From the NCBI GenBank assembly GCA_963664815.2, contig CAXXHB010000002.1:608001-672000 (forward strand): DNA of 64,000 nt, given 5' to 3'. Shown here piece after piece: positions 50,116 to 59,425 of this stretch. The DNA comes from Spirochaetota bacterium (lineage in GTDB: Bacteria > Spirochaetota > UBA4802 > UBA5550). A model generated the notes under the pieces. It searched no databases, had not been told where the DNA came from, and was given only the letters and a program-made list of their open reading frames with translations. The translations under genes were made by a program, and so were the position numbers. The first letter of the stretch is position 1, and each line of letters starts with the position of its first letter.

Positions 50116-50862
50116 ATGACCAGACAACACCCATACCTGTCCAAAGCCCCGGTAGTCGAGGCTGTACTTGAAATAAAAACAATCCCGGCAGAAGCATGGG
50201 AGGAAAACCCGGTCTTTGAAAAAGCAAAATCAGAATTCGGTAGCGATTATTCCTTTGAATCAGAAAATTCTGTACTATTCACTATGAAGTTTAAGGCATT
50301 AATACCAGCTGTTGACAATAAATCAGAAACAGGCTGGAGCGGTTTAAGGCTTACATCAGGTGACAATACAGAAATTTACAAATTAACACGTGAATCCTAT
50401 GTATACAGCAGGCTCTCACCATACCAGGGGTGGGAAACTTTTAAAGAGAGGGCATTACAGGGCTGGTCACGGTACTGGAACATTGCTGGCAAGCAGAATG
50501 TAAAAAGAATCGGAATAAGGTTTATAAACAGGATAGATTTTATTGAAAAAGATCTTCCGGAGCTCTTTACCCTCTACCCTGTACAAATCGGTACAATTGA
50601 AAAGGATATAGCGGGGTATTTTCAACAGAATATGTACGCATACGAGAATGGTAAATATTTAACAAATTTTATCCAGGCAGTACAGATGCCTGAAAAAAGT
50701 AGTGATAAACCGGCAATGATAATGGATATAGACGTTTATACAACAGATGAATTTATTATTAATGAAAAGGACATAGAGCCCTGTCTTGAAAAGATCAGGG
50801 AGTATAAGAACGATATTTTTTTCGGGGCTGTAAATGATAAGCTGATAGAGAGATTAAAATGA
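50116..50862 (+). CDS. TIGR04255-family protein
   Basis: L.KAPVVEAVLEI, PYQGWE.F, RIGIRFINRI, DIDV and KNDIFF motifs. Confidence 0.85.
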   Translation: MTRQHPYLSKAPVVEAVLEIKTIPAEAWEENPVFEKAKSEFGSDYSFESENSVLFTMKFKALIPAVDNKSETGWSGLRLTSGDNTEIYKLTRESYVYSRLSPYQGWETFKERALQGWSRYWNIAGKQNVKRIGIRFINRIDFIEKDLPELFTLYPVQIGTIEKDIAGYFQQNMYAYENGKYLTNFIQAVQMPEKSSDKPAMIMDIDVYTTDEFIINEKDIEPCLEKIREYKNDIFFGAVNDKLIERLK

Positions 50863-51347
50863 ACTATACACTTTCAATGAAATCTTCCGAGAATATGCTC
50901 AGAACAGGTGCAAGCGGTTTCAGCAGAGAAGCGGATTATATAGACAGGGAGAAAAAATCATTAACAGAAAAACTGCTGGAAACTATTTCATTCGGAGAAA
51001 GGGAGCGTAAAATTCTTTTACTGTTAAATGCATCCCTTTCGGAGTGCGTTAATAAAGACTGGGACGGTTATGGAGCCCTGCCTGTTTCGGTAATGACATA
51101 TGTAAAGGCGCTGGAATTCCTGGTATCACTGCCGGAGTCAATCAGGCTACCCGACCTTACTGCTGACCCTGACGGATCAGTATCTATGGAGTGGTACCGG
51201 ACACCAGAATGGATATTTTCAATCAGTATTAACCGTGATGGTAAACTTGATTATGCAGCAATCTTCGGTGATAAAAAGCATCATGGCTCTATGCACTTCA
51301 GTGGTGAAGTTGATAAGGATATTTTAAACCTTATCGGAAGGGTGTAA
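50859..51347 (+). CDS. Uncharacterised 'DWDGYGA' protein (putative antitoxin/immunity component)
   Basis: ATGA overlap with the TIGR04255 gene. DWDGYGA.P, PDGSVSMEW and a polar, low-structure N-terminal ~45 aa. Confidence 0.75.
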   Translation: MNYTLSMKSSENMLRTGASGFSREADYIDREKKSLTEKLLETISFGERERKILLLLNASLSECVNKDWDGYGALPVSVMTYVKALEFLVSLPESIRLPDLTADPDGSVSMEWYRTPEWIFSISINRDGKLDYAAIFGDKKHHGSMHFSGEVDKDILNLIGRV

Positions 51348-51736
51348 TGTCCCTTGCAGAAGTACCGGTAATCAGTGAAGAAATTCTGTCCAGGTTTATT
51401 CTCTTCAGCAAATGGATTCGATCGTCAGATAATACAATTAAACCTGAAGCTTTTGTACCTCATCTATATATCGAACTATCAGTAACAAGGCAGAGAAATA
51501 TTACAGAAGATGAGCTGATGAGGCTGGGCAGAAATGTTTCTGTGTTAAGAAATTGCACCCTTTATGGCAGGGCGGATATTATGGCTAATCATGTAAAGCA
51601 GAATAATCTTACAGTTGAACCTTCGGAACCTCCACTTAATCATGCAAATATTAAAGGCTATCCTGTTGAAAAGTCTGCACAGAAACTGGTCGCAATGGAA
51701 CTGGCTGCTAAGGCGGTTTTTGTTGCAGCAGAGTGA
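51347..51736 (+). CDS. Small uncharacterised protein with ART-like R / AF / LSV / H motif spacing
   Basis: TAATG coupling. E.LSRF, IKPEAF, ELSVTR, YGRADI and NHANIKGYP. The ART-like assignment is inference. Confidence 0.7.
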   Translation: MSLAEVPVISEEILSRFILFSKWIRSSDNTIKPEAFVPHLYIELSVTRQRNITEDELMRLGRNVSVLRNCTLYGRADIMANHVKQNNLTVEPSEPPLNHANIKGYPVEKSAQKLVAMELAAKAVFVAAE

Positions 51737-51745
51737 GGAAAATGT

Positions 51746-51772
51746 ATGATACCTAAATTAATAAAAACGTGA
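51746..51772 (+). pseudogene. 8-codon remnant identical to the HigA N-terminus (MIPKLIKT*)
   Basis: ATGATACCTAAATTAATAAAAACGTGA behind a GAGGAA RBS, versus higA ATGATACCTAAACTTATAAAAACA. Confidence 0.55.
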
Positions 51773-52325
51773 ACAGCCTTTCAGAAAGCACTGAAGAGAG
51801 AGATGCTGTTGACACGGGTCAGTTTTAAATAATAATGATGAGATTCAGAGGGAAATTAAGCAACTGATAGTTTAAAATAAGTATGGTTTTACTGGTTTGT
51901 TTTGAGGTGGTCATCGAGTGACAGCGCGATTAAGTGAAGGTTATTGTAGCGAGTTTGTTGCGCTGTTTTATCGAAATGCCCGCTTAGATCAATATAGTTA
52001 TGGTATACATGAATATTTTTGAATGCAGTGAACGTTCGATTTACGCGGGTAGTACTGTTGACCTAACTAAAATTTGAACCAAACGATAAATTTTAATCAT
52101 TAAAAGTGAAGCAATTCAATGAGTAAAAACAATAAAATCCGGAGAAAAAAGAAAAAGCTAAAACAGCAGGAATAGTATTTAATAATGAAAGTATTAAAGA
52201 TTGTTTGGTGATTGCAAAAAACATAGATGATGATAGTACGCCATATCATTTAATTGCAGTTTTTCGTTCAGATAATAAATAATATAATAATTGGGAACTA
52301 AATTCATAAAAAAATAAATCTTTCT

Positions 52326-52340
52326 TTCCCAAAATGGGAA
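52326..52340. promoter_or_regulatory. Putative HigA operator palindrome
   Basis: TTCCCA-AAA-TGGGAA just upstream of higB, with a half site TTGGGAAC at about 52291. Confidence 0.55.
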
Positions 52341-52374
52341 CTTTTTGTTGACATTGTGTTGATAAATACCGATT

Positions 52375-52668
52375 ATGCATATAATTAAACATAAAACACT
52401 CATCGATTTCTATGAAAAGCACCCTTCTTCAAAAGGCGCACTTGAAGCATGGTTTTCAGAGGTAAAGAAAGCTGAATGGAAAGATACGGCAGACGTTAAA
52501 GAGCGTTACCGTTCAGCTGATTTTATTATGGGCAACCGCGTGATTTTTAACATATGCGGTAATAATTACAGGCTGATTGTAAAGATTCATTACCAGACAA
52601 AAACTGTGTTTATCAGGTTTATCGGCACCCATGCCGAGTATTCCAGGATTGATGCGGAGATAGTGTGA
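52375..52668 (+). CDS. higB: HigB-family toxin (RelE superfamily)
   Basis: L.AWF, RVIFNICGNNYRLIV and FIRFIGTHAEY. Confidence 0.92.
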   Translation: MHIIKHKTLIDFYEKHPSSKGALEAWFSEVKKAEWKDTADVKERYRSADFIMGNRVIFNICGNNYRLIVKIHYQTKTVFIRFIGTHAEYSRIDAEIV

Positions 52669-53873
52669 TGATACCTAAACTTATAAAAACAGAAAAAGAA
52701 TACAACGAGGCAGTCAGGCGAATTGAATTCCTTATGGGCAGGGAACTGCTTGATGAAAAGGAAACCAATGATCTTGAGCTTCTCAGCTACCTTGTGTCTG
52801 TTTATGAAGATGAAAAGTGGCCCATTTCCCAGCCCGATCCTGTAAGTGCTATACTATTCCGGATTGAGCAGATGGGTATGGACAGGAGTGATCTTGAACA
52901 GTATATAGGGCCCAAGGGCAGGGTTTCCGAGATTTTATCCCGCAAGCGTCAGCTGAGCAAGCAGATGATTATAAACCTGCACAAAGGGCTTGGCATACCC
53001 TATGAATCGCTAATCGGCGGTAGTGAGGAATCCGGACAGCCTTCTATTGACGCGTGTGAAACAGATAACTGGCTTAAATACCCTGTTAAAGAGATTGTAA
53101 AAAGGGGATGGGTCGAATCGGTTAAAGTTAAAGAGGACCCGGAGTTTTACGGCTTTGTTATGAAGAAATTCGCAGCAGGTCTTGGAACAGAACTCTTTGA
53201 ACCTGTAATGCTCCGCACAGGCAGGCAGTATAAAAAAAGTCCTGATGTGTATGCTCTTGCCTCATGGAGAATTCGTGTGCTTTCACTGGCTAAAACTGGC
53301 AGGCTTAAGGCTGTATATGATCCCGGTTGTATAACTCAGACATTCTGCCATGAACTGGCAAAGCTCAGCTACCTTGACCAGGGGCCGCTGCATGCCAGGG
53401 AGTTCCTTAACAAAAACGGAATACATCTGATAATAGAAAACCATCTTGAACATACCTACCTTGACGGTGCTGCAATGATGCTGGCTGACGGTTCGCCTGT
53501 AATTGCTTTAACACTTAGGTATGACAGGCTTGATAACTTCTGGTTTGTGCTCTTCCATGAACTTGCACATATTGCCCTGCATCTTTCTTATGATAATTCC
53601 AGGTACTATCTGGAAGACCTTGACAGTGTGTCAGAAAGACCGGAAGAGAGGGAGGCTGATAAATGGGCAACTGACGGGCTTGTTGACCCTGAAACATGGC
53701 GTGCCTCAGGGTTGTCAATGTATTCAAAACCTTCAGAAGTAATACGTTTTGCCAGCAGCCTGCGCATAAATCCCGCTATTCCTGCAGGTCGTCTGCGAAG
53801 GGAATCTGGCGATTACAAAATTTTTATGCGTCTGGTGGGTAACGGGGAAGTGAGAAAACTTTTTGTCAAATAG
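52665..53873 (+). CDS. higA: HigA-family HTH antitoxin fused to an ImmA/IrrE metallopeptidase
   Basis: IKTE.EY, VYEDE, RVSEILSRKRQLS..MI..LH..LGIP HTH, then LDGAA, DNFWFVLFHELAH and E.EAD. Confidence 0.9.
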   Translation: MMIPKLIKTEKEYNEAVRRIEFLMGRELLDEKETNDLELLSYLVSVYEDEKWPISQPDPVSAILFRIEQMGMDRSDLEQYIGPKGRVSEILSRKRQLSKQMIINLHKGLGIPYESLIGGSEESGQPSIDACETDNWLKYPVKEIVKRGWVESVKVKEDPEFYGFVMKKFAAGLGTELFEPVMLRTGRQYKKSPDVYALASWRIRVLSLAKTGRLKAVYDPGCITQTFCHELAKLSYLDQGPLHAREFLNKNGIHLIIENHLEHTYLDGAAMMLADGSPVIALTLRYDRLDNFWFVLFHELAHIALHLSYDNSRYYLEDLDSVSERPEEREADKWATDGLVDPETWRASGLSMYSKPSEVIRFASSLRINPAIPAGRLRRESGDYKIFMRLVGNGEVRKLFVK

Positions 53874-53875
53874 GA

Positions 53876-54226
53876 ATGATTAGATTAAATATTATAAAAT
53901 TCCCGTTTAATGACACATACATTATAATCACAACAATCCTCGAACTCCATCAATTCAGTTCTTGTACAGTTAAAGAATATGAAGAATCTCACAGAGGAAA
54001 GATTTTATTCCATTCTCTCTTTTCAGACTCATGCTTAGATCATATTATCGTTGAAGATATTAAACTGGCTATCCTTGGTCAGTCTCTGGAATACAATGGT
54101 TTTACCTTTATCAATGGCTCACGTATAGAATTTGATAATAACTCAGACATTGTTAGTGGATATGTTAAGGCCTGTTGTTATGATGGCACACCTGTGCCGG
54201 AAGGTTTAAAAATTGTTTTGGTGTAG
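53876..54226 (+). CDS. Hypothetical protein
   Basis: Starts 2 nt after the higA stop. No recognised motif. Confidence 0.5.
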   Translation: MIRLNIIKFPFNDTYIIITTILELHQFSSCTVKEYEESHRGKILFHSLFSDSCLDHIIVEDIKLAILGQSLEYNGFTFINGSRIEFDNNSDIVSGYVKACCYDGTPVPEGLKIVLV

Positions 54227-54283
54227 CGGGTGAACCGGAAAGGATTACATTATCTGAAAAATAAAATAAATTGTTTTCTTCAT

Positions 54284-54319
54284 TCTAACCGATCTAACCG
54301 ATCTGACTGATCTGACCGA
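54284..54319. repeat. 9-bp tandem repeat x4
   Basis: TCTAACCGA TCTAACCGA TCTGACTGA TCTGACCGA. Confidence 0.8.
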
Positions 54320-54390
54320 TGGAGAAAAGGTCGGGTAAATTTCACATAAATCCCGATTTGTTCATAATCTGTAATTGAGCGGTTGAAACC

Positions 54391-54494
54391 TGTAGACAGT
54401 CTACTGACCCTTTACTGACAGTATATTAACAGTAGTTTACTTATGTCTGAAAGGGTGAGCATACTGTCTGAATACTGTCAGTAAACTGTCTGTA
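54391..54494. repeat. Inverted arrays of ~11-bp ACTGAC/ACTGTC units
   Basis: TTTACTGACAGTAT (54411-54424) is a perfect inverse of ATACTGTCAGTAAA (54472-54485). Three tandem A(T/A)ACTGTC units at 54461-54493. Confidence 0.7.
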
Positions 54495-54683
54495 GTAATT
54501 GGATTATAGCTATCAGTGAATATTTTAAGCTGTAAATTTCCGTACAGATAATTAATATTGACTTGATAAAAGAAAATTTGATGGATTAGACAGAATAGTT
54601 TATATATTTTACACTAAAAGATATGTTAAGGAATTAACATTGATATTATAATGTTGAGAAGCATGCATTTTCCCGGAGGATTT

Positions 54684-56507
54684 ATGAATAAACATGTAAC
54701 GGTAATAATCTTATTTTTATTAATAACAGTTTTTTCAGAGTGGGGAAAAGCTTCCCAGCCGGTAATTGTGCAGAGTGGAATATCCGCTGTAAAACTATTT
54801 ACAAACAAGGCAGAAATTACCCGGACTTCCAGGATAAAACTTGAAAAAGGGCTTAATCTGATACAGATAGAAGGTCTCCCTGATAACCTGTATGACTGGT
54901 CGGCAAGAGGGAGCCTCCCTGAAAAATATAACGGAAAAATTCTCTCAATGGAGATTTCACGTCAGGCTCTGCTGGAGAAGCGGAAAAAGAAGATCAGGGA
55001 GATTGAAGAAAAACTGGAGGATCTGAAGGACAGGGACGCGGATCTGGCGGACGACCTGGCGAATATAATGTTTCAGGAGGATTTTTTAAATTCAATAAAT
55101 GACTTCGCCAAGATAAGCGCTTCAAAAGAACTGGTTACAAGACTGCCGCAAACAGATGTCTGGAGCAGTACAATGGATTTTACAGGTAGTCGAAGGAAAA
55201 CAATCCAGGGATCAAAGAGAGCGATCTATAAAAAAAGGAGAGATCTGGCGGAGGAGATACAAAAGTGGGAATTTGAACTGACACAGATTGCAGGGCATGC
55301 GTATTTCTCTAATTATAAGTCACTTAAAATGGCAGTGGAAAAAAATACAATATCAAACCAGGTTCAGCAGTATGGCGAATTTGCAGACCAGTATGCCCAG
55401 CAGAAAGGTTTTCTGGAGAAGGATACCTCCCGGATCGATACAGAGAAAAAAATTCTTCTGAACATTTTTTCCGCGAATGAAGGTGAAACGGATTTTACTT
55501 TTACATATATGATCCCCGATACATACTGGATCATGAAATACGACTTCAGGGCCAGCAAGAAGAACGACGAGGTTGAAATTATTCTGTATTCAGATATTTA
55601 CCAGAAGACCGGAGAGGACTGGGATAACATAAATCTCAGCCTCTCAACCGGCGCGCCTCTTAACAGCATAGCTCTTCCCCTGCTCTATCCCTGGTATTTA
55701 AGCGCGAACAGACCGTTCAAGGATGAAGAAAACAGATACGCATTAAAGTCAAAAAAAGAATATGCCCCGAGTAAAAAAGCAGAGAGTGCATCAGGGATGA
55801 ACGAGTATGTTCAGGAGGAGGCTAAGGTTCCTGAAACATCTGTCAAGGAGAGCGGCATGTACATGGAGATTTCATTTCCACTGAAACAGACAATTGAGTC
55901 CTCCGAAAAGTACCAGAAAAAATATATAAAGTCATATACCATCAAGTCGGGGAAGGGTTTAAAATATTTCTACCAGACTATACCCGCCTCTTCGGGGAAG
56001 GTATTTTTAATGGCAAAAACAGTCAATCAGACAGAGCTGCCCTGGCTTGGCGGAGAGGCGCAGGTTTTTCTTGAAAATGAATTTATCGGGAAAGTGGATG
56101 TGCCTGATACTCCGGTAAGCAAAGAGAAAGAGATTGTCCTGGGTATTGTACCGGATACTGTTTCAAAGAAGGAGCTGGTTAAAAGATTTGACGATACGTC
56201 GGGGGTCTTCGGCGGCAATAAAAGAATTGTTTACTCCTATAAAATAACAGCGGAGAACAACTCTAAAGAAACAAGGGAAATTGTACTGATGGATAATTTC
56301 CCTGTTCCAACAACAGATGATGTCAAGGTCGAGATAAAAGATCTTTCTTACAAGTATCTTGAAGATGAAGAAACTAAAAAAAGTACCGAATATGCCCAGG
56401 GAATAAGGAAATTCATAATAACACTTGTCCCCGGATCGAAGAGGGAGATCACATACGATGCCGTAGTAACATACGACAAAGAACTTATAATAAACGGGTT
56501 GAGATAG
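54684..56507 (+). CDS. DUF4139/DUF4140 (MuiA-like) exported protein
   Basis: ISAVKLF...AEITR, coiled coil, QKTGEDW..I.LSLSTG and G.AQVFL...FIG. Start MNKHV behind GGAGG. Confidence 0.85.
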   Translation: MNKHVTVIILFLLITVFSEWGKASQPVIVQSGISAVKLFTNKAEITRTSRIKLEKGLNLIQIEGLPDNLYDWSARGSLPEKYNGKILSMEISRQALLEKRKKKIREIEEKLEDLKDRDADLADDLANIMFQEDFLNSINDFAKISASKELVTRLPQTDVWSSTMDFTGSRRKTIQGSKRAIYKKRRDLAEEIQKWEFELTQIAGHAYFSNYKSLKMAVEKNTISNQVQQYGEFADQYAQQKGFLEKDTSRIDTEKKILLNIFSANEGETDFTFTYMIPDTYWIMKYDFRASKKNDEVEIILYSDIYQKTGEDWDNINLSLSTGAPLNSIALPLLYPWYLSANRPFKDEENRYALKSKKEYAPSKKAESASGMNEYVQEEAKVPETSVKESGMYMEISFPLKQTIESSEKYQKKYIKSYTIKSGKGLKYFYQTIPASSGKVFLMAKTVNQTELPWLGGEAQVFLENEFIGKVDVPDTPVSKEKEIVLGIVPDTVSKKELVKRFDDTSGVFGGNKRIVYSYKITAENNSKETREIVLMDNFPVPTTDDVKVEIKDLSYKYLEDEETKKSTEYAQGIRKFIITLVPGSKREITYDAVVTYDKELIINGLR

Positions 56508-56519
56508 GAGACACTGAAT

Positions 56520-58274
56520 ATGCGAAGAACAAAAATTATCTGCACTCTCGGTCCTGCTACAGATGATCCCGCTGTACTGAAAGAACTTTTTTTAAAGGGG
56601 ATGGATGTGGGGAGATTGAACTTTTCACATGGTACTCACGAAGAGCATCTGGTAAGAGCGGAACAGTTCAAGAAAATCCGGGCCGATCTGAATCGCCCTG
56701 CAGCGCTTCTCCTTGATACAAAGGGACCGGAGATACGGCTGAAAAAATTCAGGGATGGCAAGGCGTTTCTGGAAAAAGGGAAAACTTTTATTCTTACAAC
56801 CGATGAGATTGAAGGTGATTCCGAACGCGTTTCGATTACATATAAAGACCTCCCCGGAGACCTCACCAAAGGAAACAGAATACTTATTGCCGATGGTCTT
56901 ATTGAACTCAAGGTTACGGCGATAAAAGGAAATGATATAATCACAGAAATCATGAACGGAGGAGAGCTGAGCGACAGGAAGGGGATGAACGTCCCGGGCG
57001 TAACAACAAAACTCCCCTTTATGAATGACAATGACAGGAGTGATCTTCTTTTCGGCATTAAAAATGATTTTGATTTCATCGCGGCATCATTTGCCCGGTC
57101 GGCTGATGACGTGAAGGATATGAAGAATTTTATTGAAGCCAACGGCGGGGGATTTTTAAAGCTGATTTCAAAGATAGAGAATCATGACGGGGTGAAAAAC
57201 ATTGATGAAATAATAAGAGTGAGCGACGGCATAATGGTTGCCCGCGGTGATATGGGTGTGGAGATCCCATTCGAGGAGATTCCGCATCTTCAGAAAATCA
57301 TTATTAAAAAGACCCTTGCAGGGGGCAAGCCTGTAATTACTGCAACACAGATGCTTGAGTCGATGATTAAAAACCCGCGGCCGACCCGTGCGGAAATAAC
57401 CGATGTTGCTAACGCAATATATGACGGAACCAGCGCGATAATGCTCTCAGGTGAAACATCTATCGGCCAGTTTCCGGTACTTACTGTTGAAACAATGGCA
57501 AAAATAGCAAGACAGACTGAGATGGATATCAATTATACCGATCTGCTTGAAAATACACATATTAATATTTCAAAAAATGTTACCGATGCAATCAGCTATG
57601 CAACCTGTTCGGCTGCCCATTCACTTAATGCTTCGGCAATTATAACAATCACCAAATCGGGGCATACCTCAAGAATGGTATCCCGCTACAGGCCCAGATG
57701 TCGTATAATAGCATCCACCCCGCTGAAAAAGGTATATAACCAGCTTGCTCTGTCCTGGGGCGTATGCCCCATGTTGTCGGCTGAGGCAACAACAACAGAT
57801 GAAATATTTGAAAACGCAGTAAACGATGCATTGAAGGAGGGGATGGTTCAGAATGGAGAACTTGTTGTAATAACAGGCGGAATGCCTGTCGGCGTAAGCG
57901 GGACTACAAATATGATAAAGATTCATATAGTGGGGGATATCCTTCTTGAAGGGAAAAGCCTTAACGGATTATCATCCTCCGGTGTATTATGTGTAATAGC
58001 GGACAACAAATCGTCCATAAATGATTTTAAAGGGGGAGATATTCTTGTAATTAAAAGATCCTCGGACAGCGTTCTTCATCTGATTAAAAACTCATCCGGC
58101 ATAATTACCGAGGAGGAGAGTCAGGACTCACCGGCTGCGATTGTAGCCAAGGCCCTCGATATCCCGGTAATTACAAGCGCCGAGAAGGCAACAGAAAAGC
58201 TGACAAGCGGAATAGCGGTAAGGATTGACGGTGGGAAGGGGCAGATCTTAAGCGGTCAGAGCGTTTTTAAATAA
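56520..58274 (+). CDS. pyk: Pyruvate kinase with a C-terminal PEP-utiliser mobile domain
   Basis: TKIICTLGPA, RLNFSHG, DTKGPEIR, MVARGDMGVE, TATQMLESM and MLSGET. Confidence 0.97.
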   Translation: MRRTKIICTLGPATDDPAVLKELFLKGMDVGRLNFSHGTHEEHLVRAEQFKKIRADLNRPAALLLDTKGPEIRLKKFRDGKAFLEKGKTFILTTDEIEGDSERVSITYKDLPGDLTKGNRILIADGLIELKVTAIKGNDIITEIMNGGELSDRKGMNVPGVTTKLPFMNDNDRSDLLFGIKNDFDFIAASFARSADDVKDMKNFIEANGGGFLKLISKIENHDGVKNIDEIIRVSDGIMVARGDMGVEIPFEEIPHLQKIIIKKTLAGGKPVITATQMLESMIKNPRPTRAEITDVANAIYDGTSAIMLSGETSIGQFPVLTVETMAKIARQTEMDINYTDLLENTHINISKNVTDAISYATCSAAHSLNASAIITITKSGHTSRMVSRYRPRCRIIASTPLKKVYNQLALSWGVCPMLSAEATTTDEIFENAVNDALKEGMVQNGELVVITGGMPVGVSGTTNMIKIHIVGDILLEGKSLNGLSSSGVLCVIADNKSSINDFKGGDILVIKRSSDSVLHLIKNSSGIITEEESQDSPAAIVAKALDIPVITSAEKATEKLTSGIAVRIDGGKGQILSGQSVFK

Positions 58275-58282
58275 AATAAAAC

Positions 58283-59026
58283 ATGAAAACTGAATTTTAT
58301 ATAACATCTGCAGTGATTTTTTTAATGTCTTTTTTAATGCTCTTTTCTTTTCCCCTGACAGAAGACTTTTCTCTGCAGGCAGCCGGTGATCTTGTTGTAA
58401 TATCATCCTACAGGACATCTGTTGAGGATCAGGATTCCAATGTGAAGACAAATATAGCTATCGCTGCATCAAAGCTCAATGGAGCAGTAATTCCTGCCGG
58501 GGGAGTTTTTTCTTTTAATAATACGGTAGGTGAAGGATCTGCTGCCAACGGTTTTTTATCAGGCAGGGTTCTTTATCAGGATACGGCAGCGTATGAGTCG
58601 GGGGGGGGGATCTGCCAGGTGTCATCCACTCTTTTTAACGCCCTGCTTCTTGCGGGATGCAGTATAACCGAGAGGCACAGGCATTCGCGGCAGGTACGCT
58701 ATGTTCCCTCCGGGCTTGACGCTACAATCAGGTATGGAAAAAAGGATCTGAGGATGAAAAATATAATGCCTTTTCCGCTCTATATCTTTACATCCATTAA
58801 TGATAAAGGACTTGCAGTAGTAATAAAAGCGGACAGGGGAACAGAAACAGGCTATGAAATTTATACGGAAGAGGAAGAGGTAAATCTCCCTTTTGTCAAT
58901 GACGAAACCGGTATGACAAAACCGGGCATATCTATCTATGTTTACAGAAAAAGCACCAGAAATGGTAAAACTGAAAGTTTATTGTTGTATAAAGATTTTT
59001 ATCCTCCAATGCAGCTTGATAGGTAA
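58283..59026 (+). CDS. VanW-family protein
   Basis: FSFN.TVG, GGGICQVSSTLFNA, ERH.HS and GLDATI.YG..DL. Confidence 0.92.
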   Translation: MKTEFYITSAVIFLMSFLMLFSFPLTEDFSLQAAGDLVVISSYRTSVEDQDSNVKTNIAIAASKLNGAVIPAGGVFSFNNTVGEGSAANGFLSGRVLYQDTAAYESGGGICQVSSTLFNALLLAGCSITERHRHSRQVRYVPSGLDATIRYGKKDLRMKNIMPFPLYIFTSINDKGLAVVIKADRGTETGYEIYTEEEEVNLPFVNDETGMTKPGISIYVYRKSTRNGKTESLLLYKDFYPPMQLDR

Positions 59027-59425
59027 TTAATTTTGAATTTATAAGAATTTATCATTTTTTATCTTATTTTTATGAGTCGGCATCTCCTTTTTTATGACAA
59101 AAAGTGTATCGGATCTATGTACAAAGGTCTTTCCCCCTGCAGTTATGCGTAAAATATGCCACTTTTCCAATATAAATAGTACATAATTTTAAAAAATGAT
59201 TAATTTATGCCCGCTGCTATTTTTTTCTTGAAAAATAAACAACTTCTAATTGATTATAAAAAGGAGAAAAATAGTTGTATAAAAATTAAAATATAAATAT
59301 TTATAAGTCGGCCGGTCAGACAATTTTAATTGTTATGCAATTTCACAGTTTGAACTTCTACTTAAACTGTGGTACAAACATTTTTTTAAAACACATAAAA
59401 AAATTTTATTAACAGTGGGGGCCCC

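Noticed and set aside
54284-54494. CRISPR array
   Set aside because: The units are 9-11 bp with no unique spacers, and there are no cas genes.
59330-59348. TTGTTATGCAATTTCACAG upstream of hoxF as a Rex/CRP site
   Set aside because: The half sites are separated by 7 nt rather than the 6 nt in TGTGA-N6-TCACA, so it is not supportable.
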